Part shown: piece by piece, positions 26,222 to 38,222 of the stretch
Position numbering within the stretch: the stretch's first letter is position 1
Layout: each line of letters begins with the position of its first letter
Source of the DNA: Octopus sinensis
Lineage: Eukaryota
Assembly (NCBI RefSeq): GCF_006345805.1
Contig: NC_042998.1
Span: 139,686,001-139,750,000, forward strand
Length of the DNA stretch: 64,000 nt
Direction: 5' to 3'
Made by a program: the position numbers and the translations under genes
Notes under the pieces: generated by a model
The model's input: only the letters and a program-made list of their open reading frames with translations
What the model was told of the DNA's origin: nothing
Database searches by the model: none

Positions 26222-26993
26222 CGTCGAGCTGGCAGAGACGTTAACACGCCGGGCGAAGTGCTCAGCGGTATTTTGTCTGCCATTACGTTCTGAGTTCAAA
26301 TTACGCCGAGGTCGACTTTGCCTTTCATCCTTTCGGGGTCGATAAATTAAGTACCAGTTGCGCACTGGGGTTGATATAATCGACTTCATCCGTTTGTCTG
26401 TCCTTGTTTGTCCCCTCTGTGTTTAGCCCCTTGTGGGTAGTAAAGAAATAGGTATTTCGTCTGCCGCTACGTTCTGAGTTCAAATTACGCCGAGGTCGAC
26501 TTTGCCTTTCATCCTTTCGGGGTCGATAAATTAAGTACTAGTTGCGCACTGGGGTTGATATAATCGACTTGATTCGTTTGTCTGTCCTTGTTTGTCCCCT
26601 CTGTGTTTAGCCCCTTGTGGGTAATAAAGAAATAGGTATTTTGTCTGCCATTACGTTCTGAGTTCAAATTACGCCGAGGTCGACTTTGCCTTTCATCCTT
26701 TCGGGGTCGATAAATTAAGTACCAGTTGCGCACGGGGTTGATATAATCGATTTGATTCGTTTGTCTGTCCTCTGTGTTTAGCCCCTTGTGGGTGGTAAAG
26801 AAATAGGTATTTCGTCTGCCGCTACGTTCTGAGTTGAAATTCCGCCGAGGTCAACTTTGCCTTTCATCCTTTCGGGGTCGATTAAATAAGTACCATTTAC
26901 GCACTGGGGTCGATATAATCGACTTAATCCGTTTGTCTGTCCTTGTTTGTCCCCTCTGTCTTTAGCTCCTTGTGGGTAGTAAAGAAATAGGTA
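26222..26993 (+). mobile_element. SINE family B tetramer (one head, four bodies)
   Basis: GGTA junctions at 26267, 26451, 26635, 26806, 26990 (periods 184, 184, 171, 184); flanked by (ATC)n tracts. Confidence 0.93.
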
Positions 26994-27183
26994 ATCATCA
27001 TCATCGTCACCATCAGCCTCATCATCGTCATCGTCATGGTCGTCTTCGTCGTCACCACCTTCATGACTATCTTAACTACCATCACCGTTTTCATTACCAT
27101 CATTATCCTCATCGTCAAATATTTGTGAGAAGACGAAGACGGTGACGGCGGCGACAGCGTCAGTGGCACATAATCCGACTTTT

Positions 27184-27590
27184 TATTACCTTCGCTTTAG
27201 CGAAGGCGGAGTTATTGCTTCAGTCGTTTGTTTGTTTGACCATGGACAAGATATCTCAAGAACCGCTGGATGGATTCAAATGAAACTTCCAGGGATGTTT
27301 AGCCTCATGACTGGCACGAACTAATTAGATTTGGGGATCGATCCGGTACCGGACAAGGATTCTGGATTATTTTTCCTGTTTTTTATTGTTTTTTTTTATT
27401 GTGTGTGTGTGTGTGTGTTTTTTTACTTAATTTTTGAGATCGATCAGGTTCATTTTTAGTATTCTCATTTGTGAGAGCAGTCGAGCTTATTTCAGATATT
27501 CTTATTTTAAAAATCATCTCCAGCTAATCGTTGAGGGGACGTTGGTGTTGCCTTGGCAAAGGTTTGCACTTTCTGAGTGTTCTTGCTTTT
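27184..27590 (+). mobile_element. Non-autonomous Helentron/DINE-like (HINE) element
   Basis: 5' TTATTACCTTCGCTTTAGCGAAGG hairpin/subTIR, (GTTT)n, 3' subTIR CCTTGGCAAAGGT (27551-27563), terminal hairpin GCACTTTCTGAGTG, T-rich flanks. Confidence 0.75.
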
Positions 27591-27699
27591 GTTTTACTTT
27601 TTGCCCTTCAGTTTTCCAGATTTTGTAGGATTTGTTTTAGGAACTCTGTTTGTCCCATTGGCTTCCGTCTGGTATCTATCCCTAGTGGGTGAAATGTTG

Positions 27700-28600
27700 C
27701 TGCTGTGAGCCAGGCACTTCCTAGTCATTTAGTACTAGCTGTTGTTATCGTTGCTGTTGCCGTCCTTTTCTTTGCCGGTTGTGATTTGGGAAAGGGGGAG
27801 TGGAATTTTTGGTCTCGTGATTTGCTGCTAGTAAAGAAGACGTGACAGTTCCATTTGCTGGCTCATGAGTGGTGCCTGATGTCAATCTAGAACCGAAAAT
27901 TTCCATGGTTTGTTTCTTTTAGTCTTTTGGACTTTCTTTACGGAAATTTTTTGATAAGTTTTGTTTTCATATATCTAGCAATAAGGTCATCTATCTTGGA
28001 TAATGATTTTTAAGGTCTTTTTGTCATCACACTTTACAGGACAATTCTCGCATTATTTTATGGTCTTACAGGGTCATGAAGACTTGTATGTCCATGATGA
28101 TTCCGCCCGACCACATATCATTAGATATTTCACTTGTACTTTCCGCCTGCCCATATTGTGCCACGAAGGTTACTACTAGGCAGTGGTAGTTTTGTTCACC
28201 GATGTACCCAACACTTTTCTTATGTTTCTCCTTCCCAGCTTATGTGCAGGTGCATTGCGTTCTATTTGGGTTTGAGCTTTCACCCATCCTCTATTTTAAA
28301 AACTGCACAAATAGTACCATATGTCCTACTTTCCGATCAAGGATATTTAAATTCATTTAAATTATCTGCTATTATTATCTCGAACTCGTTCTTTGGTGGA
28401 ACGAGAAAACCAGTTCTGTTTTCTGCAAGACAGAAATATGTTACTTTTTTTCATCTCATGGATCTCTGTATTGAATTGTGGAAGTCGAGTTCGATCAACA
28501 AAATATTGCCAGGTTTTCGATCTTTACGCAAAATGTTTCATACTAAGAATTTTTCTTTTAGAAAGAAAACAAATCAAAGATGATTTTTCATTATTCATGT
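27700..28600 (-). mobile_element. Possible decayed LINE ORF1 (gag-like zinc knuckle)
   Basis: Minus frame GRAESSWTYKSS*PCKTIK*CENCPVK near 28030-28110 resembles a degenerate CCHC knuckle; weak. Confidence 0.25.
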
Positions 28601-28664
28601 TTACACCGGAAGTGATACGTACATGTTGTTGTCGTTGAGAGGATTTCTGTTGCGTATAATTAAT

Positions 28665-28849
28665 ATCGGTTTCAAATTTTGGCACAAGGCCAGCAGTTTG
28701 GGGGCAGTAATTTGACACCAGTGCTCAAATTGTTTTTATTTTATCGACCCGGAAAGGATGAAAGGCAAAATCAACTGCGGGCGAATTTTAACTCAGAACG
28801 TAGAAACGGATGAAATACCGCTAAGCAACTTGCCCGGCGTGCTAACGAT

Positions 28850-28912
<63 letters not shown>
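28665..28912 (-). mobile_element. SINE family B (28665-28850) followed by (ATCT)n
   Basis: Family-diagnostic modules. Confidence 0.85.
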
Positions 28913-28994
28913 ATCGCACACACGCGCGCGCACATAAGTCAGCACATAAATGCAAAACAAAGTGGAAAAGATAGTACTCGAATACCAAAGGTAG

Positions 28995-29765
28995 AGTAAT
29001 ATTCTTCTTCTTCTCGGGTCCGTTGGTGCCTTTGAGCAGCACATCGGGCAGTCAGTAATCGCCAATTATCTCCGTCTCTGGCCAACCAGTATGCTTCTTC
29101 GCAGGTGATGGAAGCACTCCGTCGGTTACAACGACGAGGGTTCCGGTTGATCCGAATCAACGGAACAGCCAGCTCGTGAAATTAACGTGTAAGTGGCTGA
29201 GCACTCCACAGACACGTGTACCCTTGACGTAGTTCTCGGGGATATTCAGCGTGACAGAGAGTGACAAGGCCGGTCCTTTGAAATACAGGTACAACAGAAA
29301 CAGGAAGTAAGCGTGAGAGAAAGTTGTGGTGAAAGAGTACAGCAGGGATCACCACCATCCCCTGCCGGAGCCTCGTGGAGCTTTAGGTGTTTTCGCTCAA
29401 TAAACACTCACAACGCCCGGTCTGGGAATCGAAACCGCGATCCTATGACCGCGAGTCCACTGCCCTAACCACTGGGCCATTGCGCCTCCACTCCCGGGTG
29501 ATGTTCAATCTTTGAAGGTGCTACGCTATGTCTTTCTTGGCCGGCCATGTCTTCTCTTACCTTCCAGCGGCATCCAGCCCATGGCTGTTCTGACAATCTT
29601 AGTATGTGCCCAGCCATTCTCATTCACCGTTCGGTTACAATTGCATGCCGAGGCCTTACACTTGCTGCTTGGAGAATAGTTTCATTTGTGACTCTGTCTC
29701 GATAAGTGATTCTTAGGATCCTTCTGAGGTACCGCTGATGAAATACGTCAAGCAATATACTATTA
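28995..29765 (-). mobile_element. RTE LINE 3' end, interrupted by SINE C
   Basis: LDVFHQRYLRRILRITYRDRVTNE, MAGHILR, EGKRRHGRPRKT, ITCEEAYWLARDGDNW; (GAA)n tail. Confidence 0.85.
29109..29490 (-). mobile_element. Full-length SINE family C
   Basis: Head TGGAGGCGCAATGGCCCAGTGG; imperfect flanking duplication CATCACCCGGGA / CATCACCTGCGA on minus strand. Confidence 0.9.
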
Positions 29766-30477
29766 CTTGACGTTCATCGGACAGTTGCAATGATACTAAA
29801 TTAAAAATTCTGTGGTACATGAAATATAATATAATATAACATGATACAATGTAATCATTACTGTTTAACGAATAAACAATTGAATTTGGTTGGGTGACTA
29901 ATTTCTGTGGGGGTGGTTTGCCAGAGGGGGTGAACTTTAATGGTGGAATAAGCAATAATTAATAATTAAATCGAGAAAAAAACTGTGTAAAAGCAAATAA
30001 AAATGAACAGAATATATCTAGAAATAGGAATTGCAAATAATTAAAATGAATAATAGGATTGCAAGATAGTTATTTAAAAGATGAAATTATAATAAAAGAT
30101 TTAGATATAGACGAGAAATGAAATAAGTAAACAATATATAACACCACAAATAAAAGGAAAAGAAGAAATGAAGGCTAAAAACAGAAAAGGTGGAGGAGAG
30201 AGAAGAAATAATAAAGCTGAAAAGGGAAGAGAAAGAAGAAGAAAGAGAAAGCGAAAACTAGAAGAGGACAAGAAAGATAAAATAAATAATGTAGGATAAA
30301 TAATGGGTTGGGTGGGGGAAAGACTGATTACAAACTATCATCCTCTTTAATTGTTTTAGACAATTCTACTTTTCTTGCCGCTCTATACATCATTTCGTCC
30401 GTGGTTTTCTCTTATATTATAAGCTCATGCACCGAAAGAATTTCTGAATATCATTGTGTATTTCTGAAGGCATTTAC

Positions 30478-30860
30478 TATACGTCTAATAAGGTGACCTG
30501 CCGACTTTTTATTCCAGATTGAAGGAGACGGCTGTAACAGCACTTTGAACACACCCTGCTAAATACTGCTTGCAGAATGCAATCGAGACGTGAAGACTAT
30601 TTGGAAACTTGCTATGCAATGATATTTTGTGTGAAATTGCGCAAAAACGCTACAGAAACATATGAAATACTTCAGATTCCCTATGGATTAACTTGTATAA
30701 GTCGATTTTTTTCTTTTGCTGGCACAAGAGGCCACACAACACAAGTCCACCGGGAAGCTCATGATGACCCACTTTCTCGGCAACAAGGATATCATGTACA
30801 TCCGCTGAATTCCCTTTGGCCAGACGGTCAATAAAGAGTATTTTTTTGGAGATTATATAT
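30478..30860 (+). mobile_element. Internally deleted mariner remnant
   Basis: CYAMIFCVKLRKNATETYEILQIPYG (mariner N-terminus) and GQTVNKEYFLEI. Confidence 0.7.
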
Positions 30861-30887
30861 CTCTATATATATATAAACGGCAAAAAA

Positions 30888-31115
30888 GGCGGCGAGCTGG
30901 CAGAAATGTTAGCACACCGGGCGAAATGCTTAGCGGTATTTCGTCTGCCGCTACGTTCTGAGTTCGAATTCCGCCGAGGTCGACTTTGCCTTTCATCCTT
31001 TCGGGGTCGATAAATTAAGTACCAGTTACGCACTGGGGTCGATGTAATCGACTTAATCCGTTTGTCTGTCCTTGTTTGTCCCCTCTGTGTTTAGCCCCTA
31101 TTGGGTAGTAAAAAA
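30888..31115 (+). mobile_element. SINE family B monomer
   Basis: AAGGCGGCGAGCTGGCAGAAATG...GCCCCTATTGGGTAGTAAA. Confidence 0.9.
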
Positions 31116-31438
31116 ATGTCTATGTGCGTGTCCTTTATACAAATTCACAATTTTCCAGTTAGAGGGCTCGCACTTTCTATGGTCATTCAAAACCGTCCAA
31201 GGGTGGTCATGCACATCTTTACATTTCCCCAGTCACCCTGCAAAGCCATTAAAAAATCAGTAGAAGTGACATTTTTGTGAATTTTCTATCCAAAACCCAA
31301 TCAAAATGCCCGAAACTTGATACGCCAATTGAATGCCAGGTAGCTGTATGTGATTGGTCGGAGATTTGGACAGTACTTGCGTGTATGTGCGCACGCATGC
31401 AGCTGTATATAGTACATATGTGTGTGTGTGTGTGTGTG

Positions 31439-31729
31439 TGGAGGCGCAATGGCCCAGTGGTTAGGGCAGAGGATTCGTGGTTGTAGGATCGCGGTTTCGG
31501 TTCCCAGTGAGTGTTTATTGAACGAAAATACCTAAAAGCTCCACGATGCTCCGGTAGGGTGTAGTGGTGACCCCTGCTGTACTCTTTCACCACAACTTTC
31601 TCTCACTCTTTCTTCTGTTAGCCTGCTCGCTTAGCCAGCGGAGTGGCGTCATCGAAGGCTAAAACAATGCGAAGCGTATTGTGACCAGCGATGTGTAACA
31701 ACATCTGATGGCCTGGTCGGTCATGTGAT

Positions 31730-31766
<37 letters not shown>

Positions 31767-31980
31767 TTTAACTCTTTTGCTTGTTTCAGTCATTTGACTG
31801 CGGCCATGCTGGAGCACCGCCTTTAGGCGAACTAATCGACTCCAGGATTTATTCTTTGTAAGCCTCGTATTTATTCTATCGGTCTCTTTTGCCGATCCAC
31901 TAAGTTACGGGGACGTAAAAACTCCAGCATTGCTTGGCAAGCGATGGTGGATAGGGGGACAAACACACACACACACGAAT
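31439..31980. mobile_element. SINE C with alternative tail (31439-31735,+) and SINE A tail (31763-31980,-)
   Basis: Family-diagnostic modules. Confidence 0.85.
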
Positions 31981-31981
31981 A

Positions 31982-32200
31982 CATATAACTATATGTATAT
32001 AGTTCAAATTTTCAGAAAACAAAAGACGAAGACAGGTGAAGGAACAAACAAGTAGGTGTATTAGTTTGACGCTAGGGATGAATGAAAAAGTCTTTGATGT
32101 TTCGAGCCTATGCTCTTCAACAGAAAGGTATGAGGGAAAAAATTGAAAGAGAACGAAAAATAACAGTGAGAGAAAAAAATATGAAGGGATTAACAGTTCA
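31982..32200 (-). mobile_element. Penelope-like 3' terminus, second copy, with hammerhead-like motif at 32096-32123
   Basis: Minus strand CCTTTCTGTTGAAGAGCATAGGCTCGAAACATCAAAGAC...CACCTGTCTTCGTCTTTTGTTTTCTG aligns with 5435-5550; abuts (TA)n of the SINE A copy. Confidence 0.8.
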
Positions 32201-32216
32201 ACATGATGAATGTGTG

Positions 32217-32261
<45 letters not shown>

Positions 32262-32992
32262 TGTGTGTGTTTAACGGCTGCAACTCAATTTCAGTGGCTT
32301 TCTAATTCTGCTAGGGACTTATGCTCTTTTAGACAGGTGTGACAACGATAAGCGCCTTTTGCAGCATAGGTGTTACTATATTGTATGGGTGAACCTTCAT
32401 AAGGTGGTCTGTCCATCTCCTAGAACACATGCTTTTCTACACTCTCTGCAAGTGTAGATGCCGTATAATGCATAGTTAAAAACTACCTTGGCCGTGTGTG
32501 GCTTCTCTGATGACTTCTTAGGCCTTTCTTTCTTAAGACAGACACGTCCCCATTCGTTACATGCTAAACTGGGCTGTATGCTAACATACACAGACAAATT
32601 CAAGCCCTCAACAAATATCTCTCTTTATCTGTTCATGTTCGATACGATTTCGTTCAAATTCTAGAGCGAATGAGATTTCCATCCATTTTCCAAAATTTTG
32701 AACTTTCTCCATACAAACACACACATCTAATCCTTCAGACACTACTAACCGGTATATCTACATTTCAGTTTCCTAAAAAAAATAACAATAATAGATAACA
32801 GGCTATTGTACGCAATGCATTTTGTTTTGTTTTTTTACAGTCATAAAAAAGTGAAAGTAAAATGTGTTAGAAACTGGAAGTGACGACAGTGAAAACCCAT
32901 ATGCAGTTCAAAAATCATTTCATTCTGCGAAATGTTTCTTAATCACGTGCATATCAGTTTAACTATTATTACTGGCAGAGTTAATTAAATAA

Positions 32993-33150
32993 GGCTGCCA
33001 GAATTGTAAGTACGCCGGACAAAATGCTTCGCGGCATTTTGCCCGTCTTTATGTTCTGTGTTCATATTCCACCGAAGTCGACTTTGCTTTTCATCTTTTT
33101 CGGGGTCGATAAAGTAAGTATCAGTGAAGTACTTGGGATTGATGTAATCG
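32993..33150 (+). mobile_element. SINE family B, interrupted; tail resumes at about 34045-34110
   Basis: Body to GATGTAATCG; tail CCTTGTGCCTATAGTAGAAAG after the inserted element. Confidence 0.75.
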
Positions 33151-33160
33151 GATCTTTACT

Positions 33161-34033
33161 CTTTGAACGGCAGATCGAGAAATTAATTTTTGTAATTAAA
33201 CACTTTCAAACTTCGGACACTGGTAGAATGTGTCATATAAAACATCTTTTACTCTTAGTGTTGTTGAGAAAAGTTTGTATTTTCAAAGTTATTTCATGTT
33301 AAAGTAGTCGTGTTTCGGTAATTTCAACCAATCAATGACGTGCATTCAGCTGAATAAAATTACTGTTGTTGTTTGTCAACAATAACTTTCGGCGGTGTAT
33401 ATTTCGTTTGTCACTGTTATTTATGACATATTTAATCTCAGTTACGTTTGTATGAATAAACGAGTGTATCTGAAGTATGTTTACTTCATGACACCACCAC
33501 AATCGTTCGTGCATTTCTACTGCTTTAAGGTTTTTTTTCTGTTTATCAGCAACTATTTTTGGAAAGACTTTTTTTGCCCCCACTACCCCTACCCCTCCAA
33601 TTTGTTCATTTTTCACTTTTTTCCGTAACTCTAACCCTAAAATCCCAGTCCTAACCCTAAAATCCCAACCCTAACCCTAAAACCCTAAAACCCTAACCCG
33701 AACCCTAAAACCCTAACCCTAACCCTAAACCCTAAAGCTAAAACCAGTACAAACGCACGAAGGATGACATAAATAACAGTGACAAACGAAATATACACCG
33801 CCGGAAGTTGTTGTTGACAAACAACGGCAGTAATTTTATTCAGCTGAATACACGTCACTGATTGGTTGAAATTACCGAAATACGATTTCTTTAACACGAA
33901 ATAACTTTAAAAATATAAACTTTTCTCAACAACACTAAGAGTAAAAGATGTTTTATATGACACATTCTACCAGTGTCCGAAGTTTGAAAGTGTTTAGTTA
34001 CAAAAAATTAATTTCTCGATCTGCCGTTCAAAG
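33161..34033. mobile_element. Non-autonomous element with ~270-bp TIRs and internal telomere-like repeat
   Basis: Left arm 33161-33429 (CTTTGAACGGCAGATCGAGAAATTAATT...) is the near-perfect reverse complement of 33764-34033. Confidence 0.9.
33626..33740. repeat. Interstitial degenerate telomeric repeat (CCCTAA)n / (CCCTAAA)n
   Basis: TAACCCTAAAACCCTAAAACCCTAACCCGAACCCTAAAACCCTAACCCTAACCCTAAACCCTAA. Confidence 0.9.
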
Positions 34034-34559
34034 GGGAAAGGTCCATGTAGGAGATTAGTCACGCCCCGCCCCGAAGGAAAATTGAGCCCTTGTGCCTATA
34101 GTAGAAAGAATTATTGGTAGAGTTAAGTGTTCTTCTCAAAAGAAGGAATTGGCTTATATAGTCCAAGTGAATCCAAAGGAACGACGTCACCGCTTCCCTT
34201 CGATTCTTTTTCTAGAGTTCATTAATTGTGCAGGTTTATTGCATTGCTCACATGGCTATCATGTATCGACATACAATCCACCGAGGTGCCTTCTCAGTGG
34301 TGTTTATTGCTGGGTGCAGTACATTTGAACGGTGTCTCTCGACTGCTATTTCTGAAATACTTAAATATATCACTAGAAAGTACTATACTTCTAAGTGACT
34401 AAAAATTAGGGAGATGTCTGCGATGTCACTGTTCATCAATTCCGGTTTTTATCGCAATTTATTTTCACTTGTTTTAAGACATTTACTTCCGCTTTTTTTA
34501 TGACCGTAAACTGATTGTCAACCGCTTTTATTATCGATTATTAACGATCATTTATTTAC

Positions 34560-34900
34560 CTTTCACTTTGATTTAGTGTACTTTGTTTCACTTCATCAGC
34601 CTTCTTAATTGTACAAATTTCGAAAGATCACCCACTGTTGTCCACTGCACTGCTTCTCTCACCATAGCCACCGACCAGTGAAAAACTGCTTGCCTTCTTC
34701 ACCATAATAAAGCAACGAGAAAGTTGAGAGCGTGTCGAGCGATAAAGATAGACACCGGAAGTCAAATACAAAGGGGAAAAAAATCAGTTGTAAGGTTAGA
34801 TTTATAACCGAATAGAATTACGAGAAATTATTATTCGATGAGAAAAAGAATTTTATGATGCCCTATCACCTCCTCCCAGCGGGCTTTTTCCGGTATTGAA
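34560..34900. promoter_or_regulatory. Candidate CpG-retaining promoter/first-exon region
   Basis: Unique sequence with ETS-like CCGGAAGT (~34755) and a minus-strand donor-like GAAAG|GTAAAT at 34560/34559. Confidence 0.25.
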
Positions 34901-35050
34901 TAAGCCTGGTGATCTCTCGAGAGTTTTCATTTCCTTCATATACACACATGCAGACACGAATAACAACGATGTAGTTGATACAAATAATCATTGTATATAT
35001 TAGATTACATTTATATAATTCGAGGATGTTGTCTCCACAATAAGTTGACA

Positions 35051-35052
<2 letters not shown>

Positions 35053-35104
<52 letters not shown>

Positions 35105-35163
35105 TATCTCTTCTTCTCTCTCTCTCTCTCTTTCCCTATCTCTTCTTTTCTCTCTCTCTCTCT

Positions 35164-35211
<48 letters not shown>

Positions 35212-35212
35212 T
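35053..35212. repeat. (CT)n then (ATT)n microsatellites
   Basis: Direct reading. Confidence 0.95.
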
Positions 35213-35639
35213 GTGACTGATACTTAATAGTTCGCTAATGATTGAACCCTTGAGAATTGATTTAATAATCTTGTTTTTCATTATTTGTTTGTTTCCATAT
35301 TAATTAGTTTAATCGTGCTTGTGTGCGTGTGAGTGAGTCTTTTGTTTGCTTGTTAAGTGTTACATAGTTGATTCATGTCGATTTACAATTATCTTAACAT
35401 ATAAAAATGTATGTATGTATGTATGTATGTATTTCTCATGACTGCTACTGATAACATGGAATCCAATACAACTTGTTGCATGATCGAGTCGTCGGTGACT
35501 TAAACAGTACGGTACGCTTGCCAGGCTTACCTGGTGAGCAGAGTTGTTAGAAACCCAGCGGGGATAAAAAAAAAAAGACTTGTCAAAAGGACAGATAAAC
35601 TTAATGCAGGTTCAACGACTATCTAGCAATAACATGGGC

Positions 35640-36780
35640 CCTCAGAAATTCCAGGTTGGTGTACGACATACTGAAAAACCACTGCGAGTGGGGTACTCCC
35701 TCAGTTTTTGGTAAAGCATGTCTCTAGGAGAACAAGCAAAATGACAACAACCACATTAGTCACAAGAAACGGAACTAACAGAACAACATCTCTCGGGCGA
35801 GCCTCTCGGTTACTCAGTTCAACGGAAGAAGAACGAGGAACTGATGAAGTTTGCAGATTCAAATAAAGACAAAATTTTGGCAATAGGCGACGGTTTTGGT
35901 GCTCTCACCATTTCCGAAACCCCAGTAAGGAGAGTTCTGATAAGAACAACTCCCACTACGTATCGTATTTTGAGAAAAAGTTTCCCACATCATGTAGGAG
36001 TTTTCAATAACTTATTGGACAAAAGGTTATTGGAAGGCCTGTTTAAAGGCCTCGAAAAAGGACCAATCCAAGACTTGGGTAAGCGAATGACTCATTCCTT
36101 GGTTCTTTCCTTTCTCTTTGAATGGCAGTTCTAAGAACAGGTTGTGTAAATGCTCGTGGCCTGACGGGAATGTGGAAACAGGGTCACCTGCTCAACGTCC
36201 TCAGGCCACTACGCCTAGGTACAGTAGCCATTAGTGAAACCACTATATCCGAAACACAATCGCTTGCTCTGCTTTTGGACGACTATGAGGTTTATGCCAC
36301 CTCCGGTCGGCTTGGATCAAATAGCGTCGCGGTGACGTGAAGGTGAGTACAGTTTTCCTTGACCTGGTCAGAAGGATGGTGATCTTGGATGTAAGCAGCA
36401 AGGAAGGCAATAGTGGAGCCTTCAGACTAGTGACAGTCAATGCTCCAACAGGAGCCGGGCGACCAGATTTCTTTAAACGTCTGGAGAATTTCTTAGAAAC
36501 ATCTCGCTCATTAGTGGTAATGGGCGACTGGAATGGAATCTTAGATACAGGCAAAGATAATTTGGGAGTAACAGATAGTGGGTGTGGGATGCAAAAGCCT
36601 CGCCAACCTTCTCGAGCATTTCCAACGTAAGACAGGTTTCGTCTCGATTTCCCAAACACACCAATATGCTCTTGGTCAAATCGTAGTGGTTCATCCAGGT
36701 CATACATTGATAAGGTTTTTATTAGGTTAACAGATAAGCAGTGTATAAAAGAGCATTAGGGAAGATTTGATTGCTATTTT
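35640..36780 (+). mobile_element. Tx1/L1-clade LINE fragment: ORF2 APE endonuclease (36122-36770) with probable ORF1 remnant upstream
   Basis: CVNARGL, AISET, VNAPTG, VVMGDWNGIL, WSNRSGSSRSYIDKVF motifs; frameshifted. Confidence 0.85.
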
Positions 36781-36939
36781 TAGCTGGTCAAGCGACCACG
36801 TAGAGAATCTCCGGCTGGCTCATATATTTGGGATGATACTATACAACTAAAGCTGAGAGTTCGCATGCGCAATAAAAATGTACTTCAAAGGTTATCTGAG
36901 ATTATCAATATGGATACGTTCGATTCAACGAAATAATTC

Positions 36940-37135
36940 TTTTTAATTCATGCACAAGGCCAGCAATTTGAGGGAGAGGTTAAGTCGATTACATCGACCA
37001 CCGAACTTTATTTTATCCACCCCAAAAGAATAAAAAGTAAAATGTTCTAGGTGGGATTTGAACTCAGAACGTAAAGAGCCAGAAGGAATGTTGCTAAGCA
37101 TTTTGTCCGATACGTTAACGATTCTGCCAACTCGC
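36940..37135 (-). mobile_element. SINE family B
   Basis: Family-diagnostic modules. Confidence 0.8.
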
Positions 37136-37439
37136 AACCTTTATTCAAGGAAATAATGACATGATTTAGCAAAAGCTGTCATGAACAAGATATTAGACAA
37201 TATCAAGTGGGGAGTCTAGTGTTACTCCTTAGTCATAAGTACTTCCAGATCCGCACTGGTTCGGAGTAGTAGTATCTTTCAAGGACTCCAGATATGGGTC
37301 AATTAGGAAAAGATGGTCCTTTGACTAAGACATACAGAATTTGGAGGAGGGCTATTCCTAGGCATGTATCACATAGGCCCAATGTTGTGTGGACATGGTC
37401 TTATGTTACATAAACCAGTTGCCACTTACTTAATAGCTG

Positions 37440-37935
37440 GTTCCAGTCTTGGTCCGCAGCAACAAAGTCCACCTGCCAGGAGTCCAATATCACTGCCTTG
37501 AGATCCTGGATTCATTCCAGGCTAGCGTCTGCGTTGAAGTCGCCTATGTGTTACAACGTTTTCCTCTCCTTACATCACCTTCACAAGACTAATTTGGATG
37601 CTTCCAGTTCAGGGTAACGCACGCAGTGACCACATAGTCACAGCTGTCTTTGCCTGATGTTCTGGCTAACTGTCAGCAGGCCTCATAGAATCTCAGCTCT
37701 TAGCCCTGAGGCGTATCATAGAAAAAGTTAAATCAAAGCCGCTATATACTATTATAACCTTCATGGATTTCATCAAACCATTTGACAGTATCCATCGTTA
37801 CAAAATGTTGAAAATCCTTCGAGCATATGGCATTCCAGTAGAATTAGTTCTTGCCATTTCAATGATCTACGAGAAGACCAGAGCTCGTGTGTTATCATCT
37901 GACAGAGAAACGGAATTCTTTCAAATACTTCAGTC
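37440..37935. mobile_element. RTE/RTE-X fragments: C-terminus (37440-37560,-) and RT segment (37640-37935,+)
   Basis: LALRRIIEK...MDFIKPFDSIHRYKMLKILRAYGIP; minus IGDFNADASLE*IQDLKAVILD resembles the 61200 fragment. Confidence 0.75.
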
Positions 37936-37964
37936 GCTTCTGTCAAAGGGTTAAGTAAAAAGTA

Positions 37965-38222
37965 AAGGTAAAATTACCTTCTTGAGTCATACTGACTGAT
38001 GAGGGTCGGTTTCCCGATTTCCATGGCATATAAATTCCCTACTTGGACGGGACGCTGGTCCGTCGAAGGAGTACTCATTTATGCCAGCTGAGTGGTCTGG
38101 AGCAACGTAAAATAAAATGTTTTGCTCAAGAACACAATGAATCACCCGGTCCAGGAATTGAAGCCACAATCTTACGATCGGGAGTCCAACACCCTAACTA
38201 CTAAGCCATGCACCTCCACAAA
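37965..38222 (-). mobile_element. SINE family D
   Basis: Head and core homologous to 7024-7285. Confidence 0.85.

Noticed and set aside
28134-28583. 149-aa plus-strand ORF
   Set aside because: No recognisable motifs; more likely the antisense of a decayed element
33626-33740. True telomere or chromosome fusion site
   Set aside because: Short, degenerate, one orientation only, enclosed by TIRs
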